Below are positions 12,801-24,073 of a DNA stretch of 64,000 nt, one piece after another (positions within the stretch are counted from its first letter, which is position 1; every line of letters starts with the position of its first letter). The stretch comes from Antedon mediterranea (taxonomy: Eukaryota > Animalia > Echinodermata). The notes under the pieces were generated by a model that did no database searches, was not told the DNA's origin, and saw only the letters and a program-made list of their open reading frames with translations. The stretch is from contig NC_092673.1 of the NCBI RefSeq assembly GCF_964355755.1, forward strand, positions 8,370,001 to 8,434,000, written 5' to 3'. Made by a program: the position numbers and the translations under genes.

Positions 12801-15800
12801 AGCATAACGCACACTCTGCGCGTGTAAATCGTATTGCAGAATATCGATCGAAAAACAAACACAGATGCTATATCTGAACATGGAGCTCCCAATTATACAA
12901 TCGTGTCTAAAAGGTTATATCATCTAATGATACAGCCACAGCTTATATGTTCGTTGGTTGATCGAAGGTTATTAGGACTGGCAGATAAGCAGCTAGATTT
13001 ACATTTGTGCATAAATTGCAGACCATTTAGGGTGAATAGTGCTGATCTCCCAGTGTATTACTATGTATTCATAAGATCTGTTACTTGCTTTATCCATAAG
13101 TTGTACTTTAAACTGCAAGTTGACCATGCTTCTCTTTACATGTCTATGTAACTTCTTTAGAATATCTTGTTTGTTAGTTTCTTTTGTTACAGTACATCTC
13201 TTGTATCTTCTTGTGTACCTCCTTGGTCATAATCAGTATGGAACTTGATCTTGTGTGATTAACTCACGACGTCGACATAGTAATAATGAGGATTGTGATA
13301 GCGATAAATCTCGGAGACTAGACAAAGGGGATTGTACATAAATGTTATTATTGTGCCAGTTTGATTGGGATTTTTTTAAAGTTTGGTCCTAAATGATAAG
13401 AAGAACTAATCACTTTCTGACTCTGTATTTTAGAATGCTGATTTTTTATTCTGTAACCATCAAAACATAGACTTAGTTATCAAAATCATGTCTTTATTAT
13501 GTATATGAGCTAAGAAATTAGCAAAACCTGACAACAAAACAAAATGGTGGCCATTGAGTGAATTACGAAAATGCTGTTTTTCGAGTTCTTGACACTCACA
13601 ACAACACTTTGCCACTAAAATCACGTTCATTTAGAAGTTGAGATAAGTAGCCTACAATATCTGTATTCATTTTTATGGCGGCCATTTTGAAAAACAAGAT
13701 AGTGGACATTCAGTAAACTTCAAAATGCTGTATTTGGATTCATTGATCCTCAAAACATATACTTTGCCACCAAAATCATATGCATACATAATGTAGACGC
13801 TGATATATGAGCAAAAATATGTATTTATGGCGGCCATTTTAAAAATCCGAAATGGTGGCATTCTCCAGGCCAGATGAGCTGGAACTTTGGTGGAAATATA
13901 GAACCTTTATAACTCAAATCAGTTGAGAAACACTTGTTTCTAAATTTTTTCCCAGATTGGCCCTTTTTAGACTTAAATAGGGATACCTTACTGTAGTAAA
14001 TAAAAGATTGTTTTCTTTGTGAAAATGTTGATTAATTACACTTTTACGGAAAATATGCTTGAAAGAATCATGATTATAGGTTTATGTTGTAATGCTGCGG
14101 GAACTATTATTAAACCCACGACATGTTGTATCCTTTCCATTTGTTACGGTTAATTTTGTATCACGTGCAGTTTAGTATTAGGTTCCATTACACGGTAAAA
14201 GTTCTATGGAATCGCTCTATTACACGGCAGAATTTTATGCAAGATTGGTGTGACCGCGCGTTCGAAAACTGTTTTGAGTATTTCCTCCTCGAAAATAGTA
14301 TATCTTCCGCAGGTTAATTGAATATTGAATATGAGTATTGTTATGGAATTATAATAATATGATAATAATTATTACTTTGAAACCTTTGTCTCTTGCGCTT
14401 TATAAATGTTATTTATTATTATTATTATTATTATTCGTCTAATGGAGATATATACTATGTTGATTGGAAAAGCTTATTTACCTCCTCAGCAGTCCGTACA
14501 ACAGTCAATCGTTTAAATCATTAAAATATCTCTCCATTCAACACGGACACTCATTCACATTATATTCATCAAGTAAACAGAAATGTATATAATGTATTCA
14601 ATTTATTTATTTTCTAGGACACTGTTATAGCCTTACAGGCTTTGAACGCTTATTCAGATATTATTGAAGCAGACGAACTTAATCTGCAATGTACAATTAC
14701 AACGACGACAAAGGACGACGAAGATTATAAGGAAACGATATCGGTTCAAGCAACCAATGCACTGCATCATCAAGAAAAGACGGTGAGTTACGTAAAGGGT
14801 CTATAATTTTGATACACCTTATTTTCAGACAATTAAATATATTATAAAATAAATCAGTAAAATTTACAAAAACATTTGTGTTTATATTATGTACTTAATA
14901 GTGACTATTCATTTCAATATATTTAATCAAGTATTTTACTGGCGAATATAAAATTACATGATGAACTGCTTAGCTTACATTACATAAACACATATGAAAC
15001 TCTCAAACAATATCAAAATAATTAATAAGAGGCCACCTTTTTCGATGTTTTTTTAGTAAACTAATTGGCAAAGAAACTAACAACTAATCAATATCTTTCC
15101 ATTGTTTTCTTAGCCACCAGTGAATGGATTCATAGTTATTGACACGACTGGTAGCGGTATTGGCCAAGCCCAGGTATGTCATGTTACTTTACAGTTTTAA
15201 TAATAATCTCTATGAAGTTTATGAATTTGAAAAAAATAACATAAAGTGTAATAGTGTAGACAGAGCTTAAGATCCGCTACTTGTTACCTTCGCATATTAC
15301 TCTTTCATTGGTCTACAACGTTTCTTTGTATAGTAATACACATCAACACTGACATTGAAATTCTTCCACCAATTAAAGCTTCTGGATAAGAATTTTAAAA
15401 AAACAAAGGAAGATAGAGTTAAGAAAAATTCAGAAAACGCAATTTTATACACTTTCATTGGATTTGTGTTGGTATAATCTTAGGGACGTCGCGATTACGT
15501 CAGACCGTTTTATTGACCGGTCAGTAGGCCTATAACATGTTTTGGATCCTTGTAGTTAGTCATGTGCGCTGCTGCCTTTCAAACAAACACGTTCTTGTAT
15601 ATACATAATGCTGTATAAAATATTTTTCAGGTTGAAGTACGCTATAATTCAGATGCCAAAACACCATCAGAACACTGCTCGTTTGATGTAGAGGCAAGTG
15701 CTTCTACATTAGATGATAGGGAGTGGGTAGCGGTTAATGGACGCATAGCCGCACCAACTGAAGTGCCAGAAAAAGTTGGTATCGACATGGACTGCAGTAG

Positions 15801-18800
15801 GGATAAAATAGGGGGTAACTGCCCAGATGAAGAAGACGTCACGAATAGTCCTGATAATTCAAGATCACGTGTTGGCCGTTCAACAAGTAGTAGTTACATG
15901 CTAAACATTAGAGCGTGTGCAAGGTATCATTCATTCTCATACACTTTTTTTGTTATATGAATTTTTCAATAAAATGCTTAAGATCATGATTTTTTTCACG
16001 ACTGATATGAAGTTGTTGTTGTTCTATATTAAACAAACTGTAGACTAGCAGTCTATAAAATTGTTGAATTTTAAATTTAAATTTCAGAATGATCCTTTTG
16101 TGACCATAATTTTTCTTAAAATTAACTTACAATCTTAAATACGAACATACAACGAAAATAAAATAAACATTATAATACATTTAGATACCATGGCCACGAA
16201 AAGACCGGAATGTCTATTATTGAAGTTGGAATCTATTCTGGATTCAGAGCTAAAGAAGAAGACTTAGAATTAGTAAGTATCGGAGAAAAACATGATTCGT
16301 TTATTTTTATATGCATTTGAATTGCATAATGATATGCTTGACTTCATTTGCATATATGGATGTATGATAATGATGTGAGTTTTTTCATTTTAAAGATATT
16401 AAAGGAAATTGACCTTGTGAAAAAGTACGAATTTCAAGATAGATCCGTTGTGTTCTATTTAGACAGCGTAAGTACCGTAAATATCGTAAATATATCTACC
16501 CCTTGGTCCCCACTAGGACGCAACGCACGAACTCAGTAATTAACCAATCACGACGCGATGGATCATTCCATGTGGCTTGTGATTGATCAACACACTTGCG
16601 TGCGTCCAAGTGGAAACCAAGCTTGAGATTACTAGATGTCAATACTATAAAGAGGTTTTTATATCTGAACCAATTATGTAGATAACTTATTATTCATGTT
16701 TTTCTTTTCAACATGTTTCACTATTTCCCATCAGGATTAACCAAACGCTGCGAAAACTGGTGCAAGTCCGCCCTCTATAGCAATAATAAGTCAAACACCC
16801 GTGGAAGTTTCTCTCATAATATGGCATTAACTTTAAAAATAGCAGCATAATTATTTCTTCAGATCTTCACTGATAATGATCTACTGCGATGGCGGTGTAG
16901 GTTTAACTATTTTTTAAAGGTATACAAGATGTATGCCATTTCATCCAATAGGTTACTTTTCATGTAACTACAATCAAATGTTGTATTTTTTTTTATTTCT
17001 GTAAGCAGATTCCTCGCGATGAGCGTGTTTGTGTGAATTTCCGAGCTGAACGAGTGATCGTTGTAAGCGCTATTCAACCCGTCGCTGTTCACGTGTACGA
17101 TTATTATGAACCAGGTAGTGTAAGAAATGTTACCACCATGAATCAATTTCCAGCCCCTATATGTTATAATAATTTAATCCTTAGTTTGAAATACTAAAGA
17201 GCACTCGATTAATATTGTTTGCGGTACAAAATTAACAATGCAATAATAATACATATATGAAGTAAGTTTGATCATTGTTATTTCATGTTTTATTTTAACA
17301 AATTCTTCAAAATTAACTCTTATCGATATTAAGTGGAGTCATAAATTCAATTCGTGATTGCTTAGAGTAATATAGGCATTATTTTCGTTGCCTTTCACGA
17401 TTCGATTTACTACAACTGTAGCATATTAACATGCACAGAATAACGTAGTGTCGAGTGTGGGCGTCGAGAAGTAATCAAAAGAGAGCTTACGATTTGCAAC
17501 GACCAAGTCATGTTAATCCATCGTGCGCACGCGGAGATATTGAGACGTGTGTCCTCGCGCTTTTCACCTAGGCGACGAACGGTCTGCGTCGTTGCAAACC
17601 AAAAGCTCCCTTATACAATATAAACCCATAGCATCTGTCACAACATTATGCATATTAAATAAAAACAATATTAATAAACATATATGGGATAATTTAAATC
17701 CACAGAGGAGAAATGTACTGACTTTTACCATCCAGAACCTGGTAGTGATCTGCTCAATCTACTGTGTACAGACGCTGATATGTGTATCTGTGCTGCAGGT
17801 ACGAGAAACTAAGTGGTCATGGATTAAGCCTGCTTTTCATTAGTCGACTTTTAATCGAAAGCGCTAAATAATGCGTATTCGTATTCATATTTCCATCTAC
17901 TTTTTTGTGATTTGAAAATTGCGCAACCAGAACTCATGAATTGTTCGATCGGCGCGAATAATATTCATCTTCCAAATTTCCAAATCCCTTTCTGCGACGA
18001 ATTCTAGTTTCTAGGAGATCGCTTCACATCAGCGAAGTTGGTATTGTTCGAATTTGTATGCGAAGCAAAACAATTCGCAACCAATCAGAGCTTGGAAAAA
18101 TTAGTTTCTATGCCTTCATGAGCACTCAACATGCAACAAACAACAATTGAAAAAGAGAGATTTTTTTTTCTCTGAAAAAAAAGTTGGATTCGTGCGAATA
18201 AATTCGCCTGGTGGAATTCCGGGTTTATAGCTTGGCATATTTCGTGAAAGTTCTTATCAATTTTATATATAATGCAATTTATAGTGCAAAGTATAAGTTC
18301 TGTTACTTGGTAGCAATCAAATCAGTTGTTATTTAAAAGTTTTATATAACATTAATGATTGAGTCACAGACGTTTATAAACAAATCTCTTTACTGCCAAA
18401 CAAGTTTGGTGTGTCGTTCTACAGTTGGTGCATCTATCAAAAAACAAATGAATGAGACGAAAACAACTTTCACTACTAATAATCTAAAGATTAATTGTAT
18501 TTGCTTTATTGTTCCAATGACGTTTTACCTTTTCTATTGTTTAAATGTACTTAAATAATACAATTATGTTTTTGTTTTTCGAAAGGTAATTGCGCTCTTT
18601 GTAATTCAAAGAAGACCAAATCTCAATTGATAGATGAAGCATGCAGTCAAAATAGAGATTATGGTAAGTGTCTCTAGAAAGAACATGGCATTTTGGTTAC
18701 ATTACAATGTTTTCTGTAGTGTAATGTATGCATATTTAAATGTAAATACATTGGATTACATGGATTGATATTATAGGCTACTGTTGATGACGTCAGTAAT

Positions 18801-21083
18801 GCTTGTAAAGATACTGTTGATGTTGGAAGTCAATATTGTATGCAAGAATGGTAATAAAATAGTTGAGTCAATATCGCTTGTGCAGATAGTAATGAATAAG
18901 AAAGTTCAAATGAAAGAATTGCATATATATAATATGAATGGTGTTTATAATGAATAACTTGGCATATTTTATAACATCAATTTTTATTGAAAAGAGAATC
19001 ATTAAAAACTTTAAAACCCAATCCCCTTCCCGGTTATAGAGAGAAATCGGATTGCTGTCGTACAGCATTATCAATACAGGCAACAGACGTAGCAAATAAT
19101 ATGGAACTATGGTCATGATCTACATTCCTAATTTCATTCCTGAATATAATAATTTAAAAAATAAACAAGACAAGCAAAGTCAGAGTGAACACAAAACACT
19201 GAATAAAAATTGCGTATGTGACTATGTATTAATTGTGCCTGTTGGGTAATAATATGTGACCCAACAGGTCACGTGTGAACAGAACCTTAATTTTGGCAGT
19301 CTTCTACACAATGTTTGATATACTTGGCATGTCTAGAAAGAGATATTTGACTTATTATAATATATCATCATCATATCAAATAGAGATGATGATTATACAA
19401 TCAATTATGATTTGATTTAGGAAAACGATTATGATGACGACGAAGGTAAGAGTATTGGATATAATGAACAGTTATACTGTAATTAATTAAAAAAGGAAAT
19501 TAACTAAATCCAATGTCAGTTCAATATCCTCTTCAACTGTGACATTATTTTTAAAGATCAAAGGACGTCAATCTGATTATCTACACAACAATATATTTGT
19601 ATCATACTAAACGAATCAAGGACATATTATAATATGTTTTAACAAGATAATATGTCTAACCATTTTACAATAGCTTTTGAAATCACCGTCAATAATGTTA
19701 GGGAGACGGAATCCTTTGATGTGTATAATTGCACCGTGCAAGTTATTAAGAATGGTAAGTAACAGTTACTTAGTAACACTATCGACTCTTTGTCCGAAAA
19801 CAGTATTGATCATTTTTGGAAACTCCGTTATTTTCGCTTGAAAAATAAATTTTTAATGCTTTTAGTTTTTACCACAAAAATAAGACTTATAGCAATGCAA
19901 AAAGTAAGGACATACTTGTATCCATAGAATCATAATTGAATTTACTGCATTAAACTTTATTTATATTGCGTCTATATCATGGATTCAGGCATTAACACAA
20001 TATTATGAACTTTGTCATATCATTTTGTATTTGACTTAATTTTAATATGATAATGATTTAGCTTTAATGGAATTTTAAGCCTACTCTATATAAACATGTA
20101 GAGACGGAGAGATGTTTCTTTATTTACGTGATGATCATTGGGCGTCCTCTCACACATTTTTATAAATCCTAAATTCACCCCTGTTTATAACACCTTCTTA
20201 CATTAGTATTATAAACCGTTTCTGAAGAAAATGCATTACAAAATTGTCCATTTAATTTGGAAACTTTCCATTGTTATTATAATTATTAATAAGCATAAAT
20301 AAAGTAGAACATTAAACACAATCTTTATGCATTAACCTTTCTGCTAACAACGTGTAGTTCCAAATTACACTAAGGCCTCCTGGAAACATTTTGCCCGATT
20401 TCAAATACAATACAATTTACCTTCGTCCCGGCTAAATTCGTAACAATAATCATTGTGATATAACTGTTATATAGGCGTAGATGATATCGAATCAACTGCT
20501 GATGAAAATGGGATAGCTTACAGGGAGTTCTGGAAATCTAGGAAATGTAGATGTCCTGAGATTCAAGCTAACAAGAAGTACCTTATAATTGGAGTTGACG
20601 GATTAAAGACAACTGATAAAGACGGATTGACAGTGTAAGTTTTACTTGACCATCACTATAATTATACTTGATACGGGTTAATGACCGCTTCAATTTGAAC
20701 AATGTTTTATACAGTACAGTTTGTTCAATACCGGTATACTTTTAAATTGACCGTAAATGAAAATTGAGTCCGAAATTACAATTTATTGAGTCCAAAATTG
20801 ACAATTAAGTCGAAATTTAATTTTGGCTATAATATAACAGATATTGTTTAAAAGGTTGATGTCGTCAAAATTATTACATTATACATACAAGTGAAAATTA
20901 AATAATAACTACAAATTAATGTATATATTTACTATCTCCTGCAGATATAAGTATTTAATTGATGATCAGACATATGTAGAGTATTGGCCTGGAGTTGGGC
21001 GGAACGGGAAACAAGCAAAGAAAAGATTAAAGAAATTAAACGGTCTGAAAGCTGAAATGCAAGAAAATGGCTGTGGAATATAA
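845..21083 (+). CDS. C3: Complement C3-like thioester-containing protein (C3/C4/C5 family). 5' part lies outside the window; 31 coding exons visible.
   Basis: GT-AG exons with consistent phases: 845-944, 1215-1442, 2011-2196, 3352-3471, 3954-4022, 4258-4446, 4699-4848, 5709-5783, 6145-6196, 6782-6841, 7440-7725, 8117-8345, 8533-8745, 9178-9292, 9399-9500, 9743-10037, 10556-10727, 10911-10988, 11997-12177, 12416-12666, 14618-14782, 15114-15173, 15631-15923, 16185-16272, 16396-16467, 17009-17114, 17706-17798, 18586-18663, 19674-19754, 20475-20634, 20945-21083 (TAA). Motifs: YIYGKPVEG, YFKPGLPY, IVADSLYLDV, VAVDEAV, DLGCGPGGG, RRRR (6805-6816), LPSSITKWQIQAVS, FFIQLDIPYSIVRGEQ, GCGEQ (9811-9825), WLTAF, VHHREMTGG, GGFVSTQDTVIALQAL, VYDYYEP, and a C345C end (YVEYWP...GC). 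Confidence 0.95.
1541..1605. repeat. Purine-rich (GA/GGA) low-complexity tract in a C3 intron
   Basis: gaggtggtgcaggaggaagagtagggaggaggaagaagaggaagggagaaagaggaggag. Confidence 0.7.
2231..2543. mobile_element. Non-autonomous palindromic (hairpin) DNA element
   Basis: Imperfect inverted arms of about 75 bp (2379-2454 / 2468-2540), including a perfect 26-bp stem around the loop tcggctttgcctc. The left boundary is approximate. Confidence 0.6.
3856..3925 (-). mobile_element. tRNA-derived SINE head (degenerate)
   Basis: Minus strand reads tggttaggacatat...caagcgaaaggttccgaattcgaatctcggtt (B-box-like). Clearly related to the copy at 22981-23046. Confidence 0.55.
4868..5412. mobile_element. Kolobok-like MITE with TTAA target-site duplication
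   Basis: TTAA|AGATGTATTGTCCCTT...AAGGGACAATACATCT|TTAA, TSDs at 4864-4867 and 5413-5416. TTAA TSD with purine-purine termini fits Kolobok rather than piggyBac (CCY). Confidence 0.8.
6455..6715. repeat. Degenerate (GGT/GAT/GTT)n low-complexity tract
   Basis: Decayed trinucleotide periodicity in the intron upstream of the RRRR exon. Confidence 0.55.
7440..7725 (+). CDS. C3: C3 exon encoding the anaphylatoxin (C3a-like) domain and the start of alpha'
   Basis: ICEMG...WTCERR...FYNCC...NRGR-TF...RSNFLESFLF. Follows the RRRR-containing exon in phase. Confidence 0.85.
9743..10037 (+). CDS. C3: C3 thioester exon
   Basis: KKPTGCGEQTLIRMGPNVFV...GAFSLWG...SSTW. AG acceptor at 9741-9742, GT donor at 10038. 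Confidence 0.95.
10556..10727 (+). CDS. C3: C3 TED exon with catalytic His and Glu
   Basis: (W)LTAFGTKILCHAK...QRDDGAFKELFRVHHREMT. His codon 10713-10715 and Glu codon 10719-10721 align with vertebrate C3 PVIHQEM. Confidence 0.9.
11640..11800 (-). mobile_element. Non-LTR retrotransposon ORF2 remnant (Rex1/L2/CR1-group, post-RT region)
   Basis: Minus frame gives LTEWCKNNNLILNTKKTCEMIIDFRK, matching the WCxxNxLxLNxxKTKEMxxDFR motif of these LINEs. Confidence 0.75.
13345..13990. mobile_element. Interspersed repeat fragment with repeated ATGGCGGCCATTTT motifs
   Basis: Motif or variant at 13541-13554, 13675-13688 and 13827-13840. Boundaries approximate. Confidence 0.4.
16502..16621. mobile_element. 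Short MITE, PIF/Harbinger-like TIRs
   Basis: cttggtccccactaggacgca ... tgcgtccaagtggaaaccaag: a 21-bp TIR with 3 mismatches. Confidence 0.55.
17825..18227. mobile_element. Degenerate TIR element, possibly Harbinger-like
   Basis: Left end taagcctgcttttcattagtcgacttt versus reverse complement of right end taaacccggaattccaccaggcgaattt. CG-richer interior. Confidence 0.35.
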
Positions 21084-21131
21084 GACACAATATTATTATT
21101 ATTAATTAGTAATAGTTTTTGTGGAAAAACA

Positions 21132-21137
21132 AATAAA
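21132..21137 (+). terminator. Candidate polyadenylation signal of the C3 gene
   Basis: AATAAA about 50 nt after the TAA stop. Further AATAAA hexamers lie downstream in AT-rich DNA, so the site used is uncertain. Confidence 0.4.
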
Positions 21138-22980
21138 CATAAATATAACTTGCTGATAAAATACTGCGCTCAAATATAATTTTGAGAACATTATAATAAT
21201 TTCTTACAGATGAATCAATCATTAATACTACAAACCGTCGTCTAAAGTTTTCAATGCATGGCAATAATCACGTACTTTGTCACCAATGTTTTTTATTAGC
21301 ATGTTGCCAAATAAATTACTTGCTTTGCCCGGTCTGTATCTAGATAATATACATTATCACATGTGATAGTACTATTGACCATAACCTACAGTAATCCTTA
21401 ACTTCACTTTACATGATTTCTGCAAATAGTTATATGCCAATAGACTATTATATCTATAGATTTTCAGAGAAACTTACAAAAGCTGGATATCTTCAATCTG
21501 GGGCAAATATTAAATAGCACGCACCTCTATGATTATATTATACACAAACATAATTATGTCTCAAAATAAAACAAGTATTGTACTAAAAAGAAGTAGTGCC
21601 TACGAATGTGAACGGCTGTAAACTTTAGGTGAACATTAATCATTATTTTCTTCTAAATTGTAAAGATGCTTGTTATTGGTTTAATATTTTTGCATATTAA
21701 ATAGAATAAACGTTTGTTTATTGCTGCTAAAAGTTTAGTACTTAAGAGTATCACTTAGTATCACTTAAGAAGGTTACCGTAACCATGAAAATGTCTTTAT
21801 TAAGATTCCGGGTAGAAGGGAAATTTAATATTGGAATAGAATTTACATTAATATACTTCAATAAAACCATTAACAGCAACCAATTTTCGGAATCATTTTA
21901 ACTCATGTGCATCTGTTTTTAGCAGGCATGAACATTAATAACGTGGGTGTAGTTCAGTGATAAATCTTAAATAAATGAAGCTTAGCAAAACTTTATTGGT
22001 AACGGAAGTATGACATGTCTATAGTTTGGTTCACATAGATGGATATTTGTTTAACTTTAAAGTGAAGACGATTTAGTACAAAATTGAATATCCTGTCGGA
22101 TACAGATGGGTTTTTATTGATTGAAAATCGCCGACAATTTATTGTCACTGCCAGTCGTATGGGAGGAGTGTACAGTGATCAGCAATCTTCTGATCTCGTT
22201 TAAACCGTTAATAACTCTTTTGAAAACATGTGCATGTGCATACGGTAGGTAAAAAGATGAATAAAATTATTCTTATATTGTTCAGTTTCAAAAACATTTT
22301 AAAATTGATAATTGAGTAGGTTGTGTGTAACGTTGGGTATGTTACATCCTCCGTACACCTTTAATTGATATTTGTATTATGGAACAAATTCAATGTAAAT
22401 GTTCTAAATAGACGAGCTTAATGTTTTTGGTAAAAGGAACACCATTTTCCACAACTGACATAGACAGATAGGTATAATATGAAATTAATGTGTAAACTGA
22501 ACTGTTGAACTGAACACTGGTTACAATCTTTTCAATTATAGTTGGGCTAACGCGATTCATAAGTTCAATTTTGATACCTATTGGATTTGAAGTGCGAGGC
22601 CTTTACCAATTAACGAAATACATTTTTACAGAGAAACTGAACATTATTGCACGAATTAAATGTCATAATATAGTTCAACTATGTCTTTTTTAATTTACGT
22701 TCACAAGATCCAAGGATATCAAAAGAAACACAGTGAGACAGTTATACTGGCAACATATTGCGTGTCATAGTTAAATTATAGGCTACGTAGTTCTAATAAT
22801 GTTAATTAGAAATGGGAAAGTCCTAAATGAAAATGCGTCTGGGTCTTTTCTTTTAAAGATAAATTTGGGGTACACTGGAAAATGTTTGGATAAATACGGC
22901 ATGTGTGTTCCAATTGAAGTTATTCGATCTGTGTTAAATTATTTTAATTAAATCCATTAAACCCAAAATAAGACATAAGA

Positions 22981-23046
22981 GAGGGTGGCCCAATGGTTAG
23001 AACATATCAAGCGGAAGGATCCGAGTTCGAATTCTGGTTGAGACTA
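22981..23046 (+). mobile_element. tRNA-derived SINE head
   Basis: A-box-like TGGCCCAATGG and B-box-like GAGTTCGAATTC. Does not fold into a full cloverleaf. Related copy at 3856-3925 (minus). Confidence 0.6.
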
Positions 23047-24031
23047 TTTCAATCAATTTATTTCCAATATTACCGGGCGGTTTGAATTTGTTTAATTTCA
23101 GTACATGTTTAAATTTATATAATATAATCAACACGCAAACAAATAATTAATAATAATAATAATAAATAATCTAAAAAGTTAGTTAATTTGTATTGGTTGA
23201 CGTTTAATATTTATTCTATATTACTGTTTGGACATATGTTTGTTTGTATTTAAACTCTCCTCTTTCAGGATTCGTGCTTCTTGTCCTCTCTCTTAATGAA
23301 AGTTATTTTTATATTTAGATGTATTGTATTTCATTATTGTGTTATGCGATTCTAAATAAGGAAACAAATGTTATTTTTTAATTGAATTGAATTACTTTGA
23401 CTACTCTGGGCGTTAACCTTTAAGGTGACGCTATAGAATAAGGAATGCTAGCTCTTATGAATCCGATACTTCAACGATTAAGATATTTAAAAATATCTAC
23501 TTTTAATTAATTCAAAAATAGCTGTGTTGTGTCCTTAAATGGCATATTTCTTCAGGCTTTGAAATAGCATGATACATGCCTGAAGAAATGTAATTTTTTA
23601 CATTTTTCAATTGACATTAACGGCACTGTTATGGATACTTTATAATCCAACTATCAAACGAAATTAAATCCTCACAGAAAGTTTTGATTTCGAACTACAT
23701 CTATACCCCAGGTAATGACCATGTCCTCTAATTCACATTACTGTATACTTAAACATACAGCACGTATCCCGTGGCTTTATAATTGTAAATTGAAATACCA
23801 CAAACTGTTGGAAACACAAAGGCCCTATTGGAAAAATATGTACGGTAGTTTAAGTAGTAGTAAATAATATAAAGTAAGTCAAGTATAGAAATAAAGTTAA
23901 ATATATTAATATTATAGGTAGGTAGGTTTTTAATATATATCCAAAGGAAAATCAGTGGCTTTATCTCAATGGAGATACAAAAAAAAAGCAAAAAGCTAAA
24001 TCAAAACGATAAAGTAAAACAGCCAGAAAAG

Positions 24032-24073
24032 TTAGCAGAGCTTTCGGGCAACACTAGCCCTTCATCAGTGCAA
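24032..24073 (-). ncRNA. Minimal type I hammerhead ribozyme motif (Penelope-like element type)
   Basis: Minus strand: uugca CUGAUGA A GGGC-uaguguu-GCCC GAAA GC UC^ ugc(u)aa. Intact catalytic core, 4-bp stem II, palindromic AGCU stem III and short stem I. Confidence 0.7.

Noticed and set aside
12930-13260. Possible RTE-type LINE 3' remnant on the minus strand
   Set aside because: Only vague peptide resemblance with stops and frameshifts. Not supportable without a search.
19421-19445. Micro-exon-like segment (ttag|GAAAACGATTATGATGACGACGAAG|gtaag) in a C3 intron
   Set aside because: It is 25 nt long and the intron is phase 1, so inclusion gives a stop (TGA) and a frameshift. The flanking exons already join correctly.
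845-21083. Alpha-2-macroglobulin, CD109 or insect-type TEP assignment
   Set aside because: The anaphylatoxin domain, catalytic His and C-terminal C345C domain place it in the C3/C4/C5 family.
22981-23046. Possible tRNA gene
   Set aside because: A and B boxes are present but there is no acceptor or anticodon stem, so it is better explained as a SINE head.
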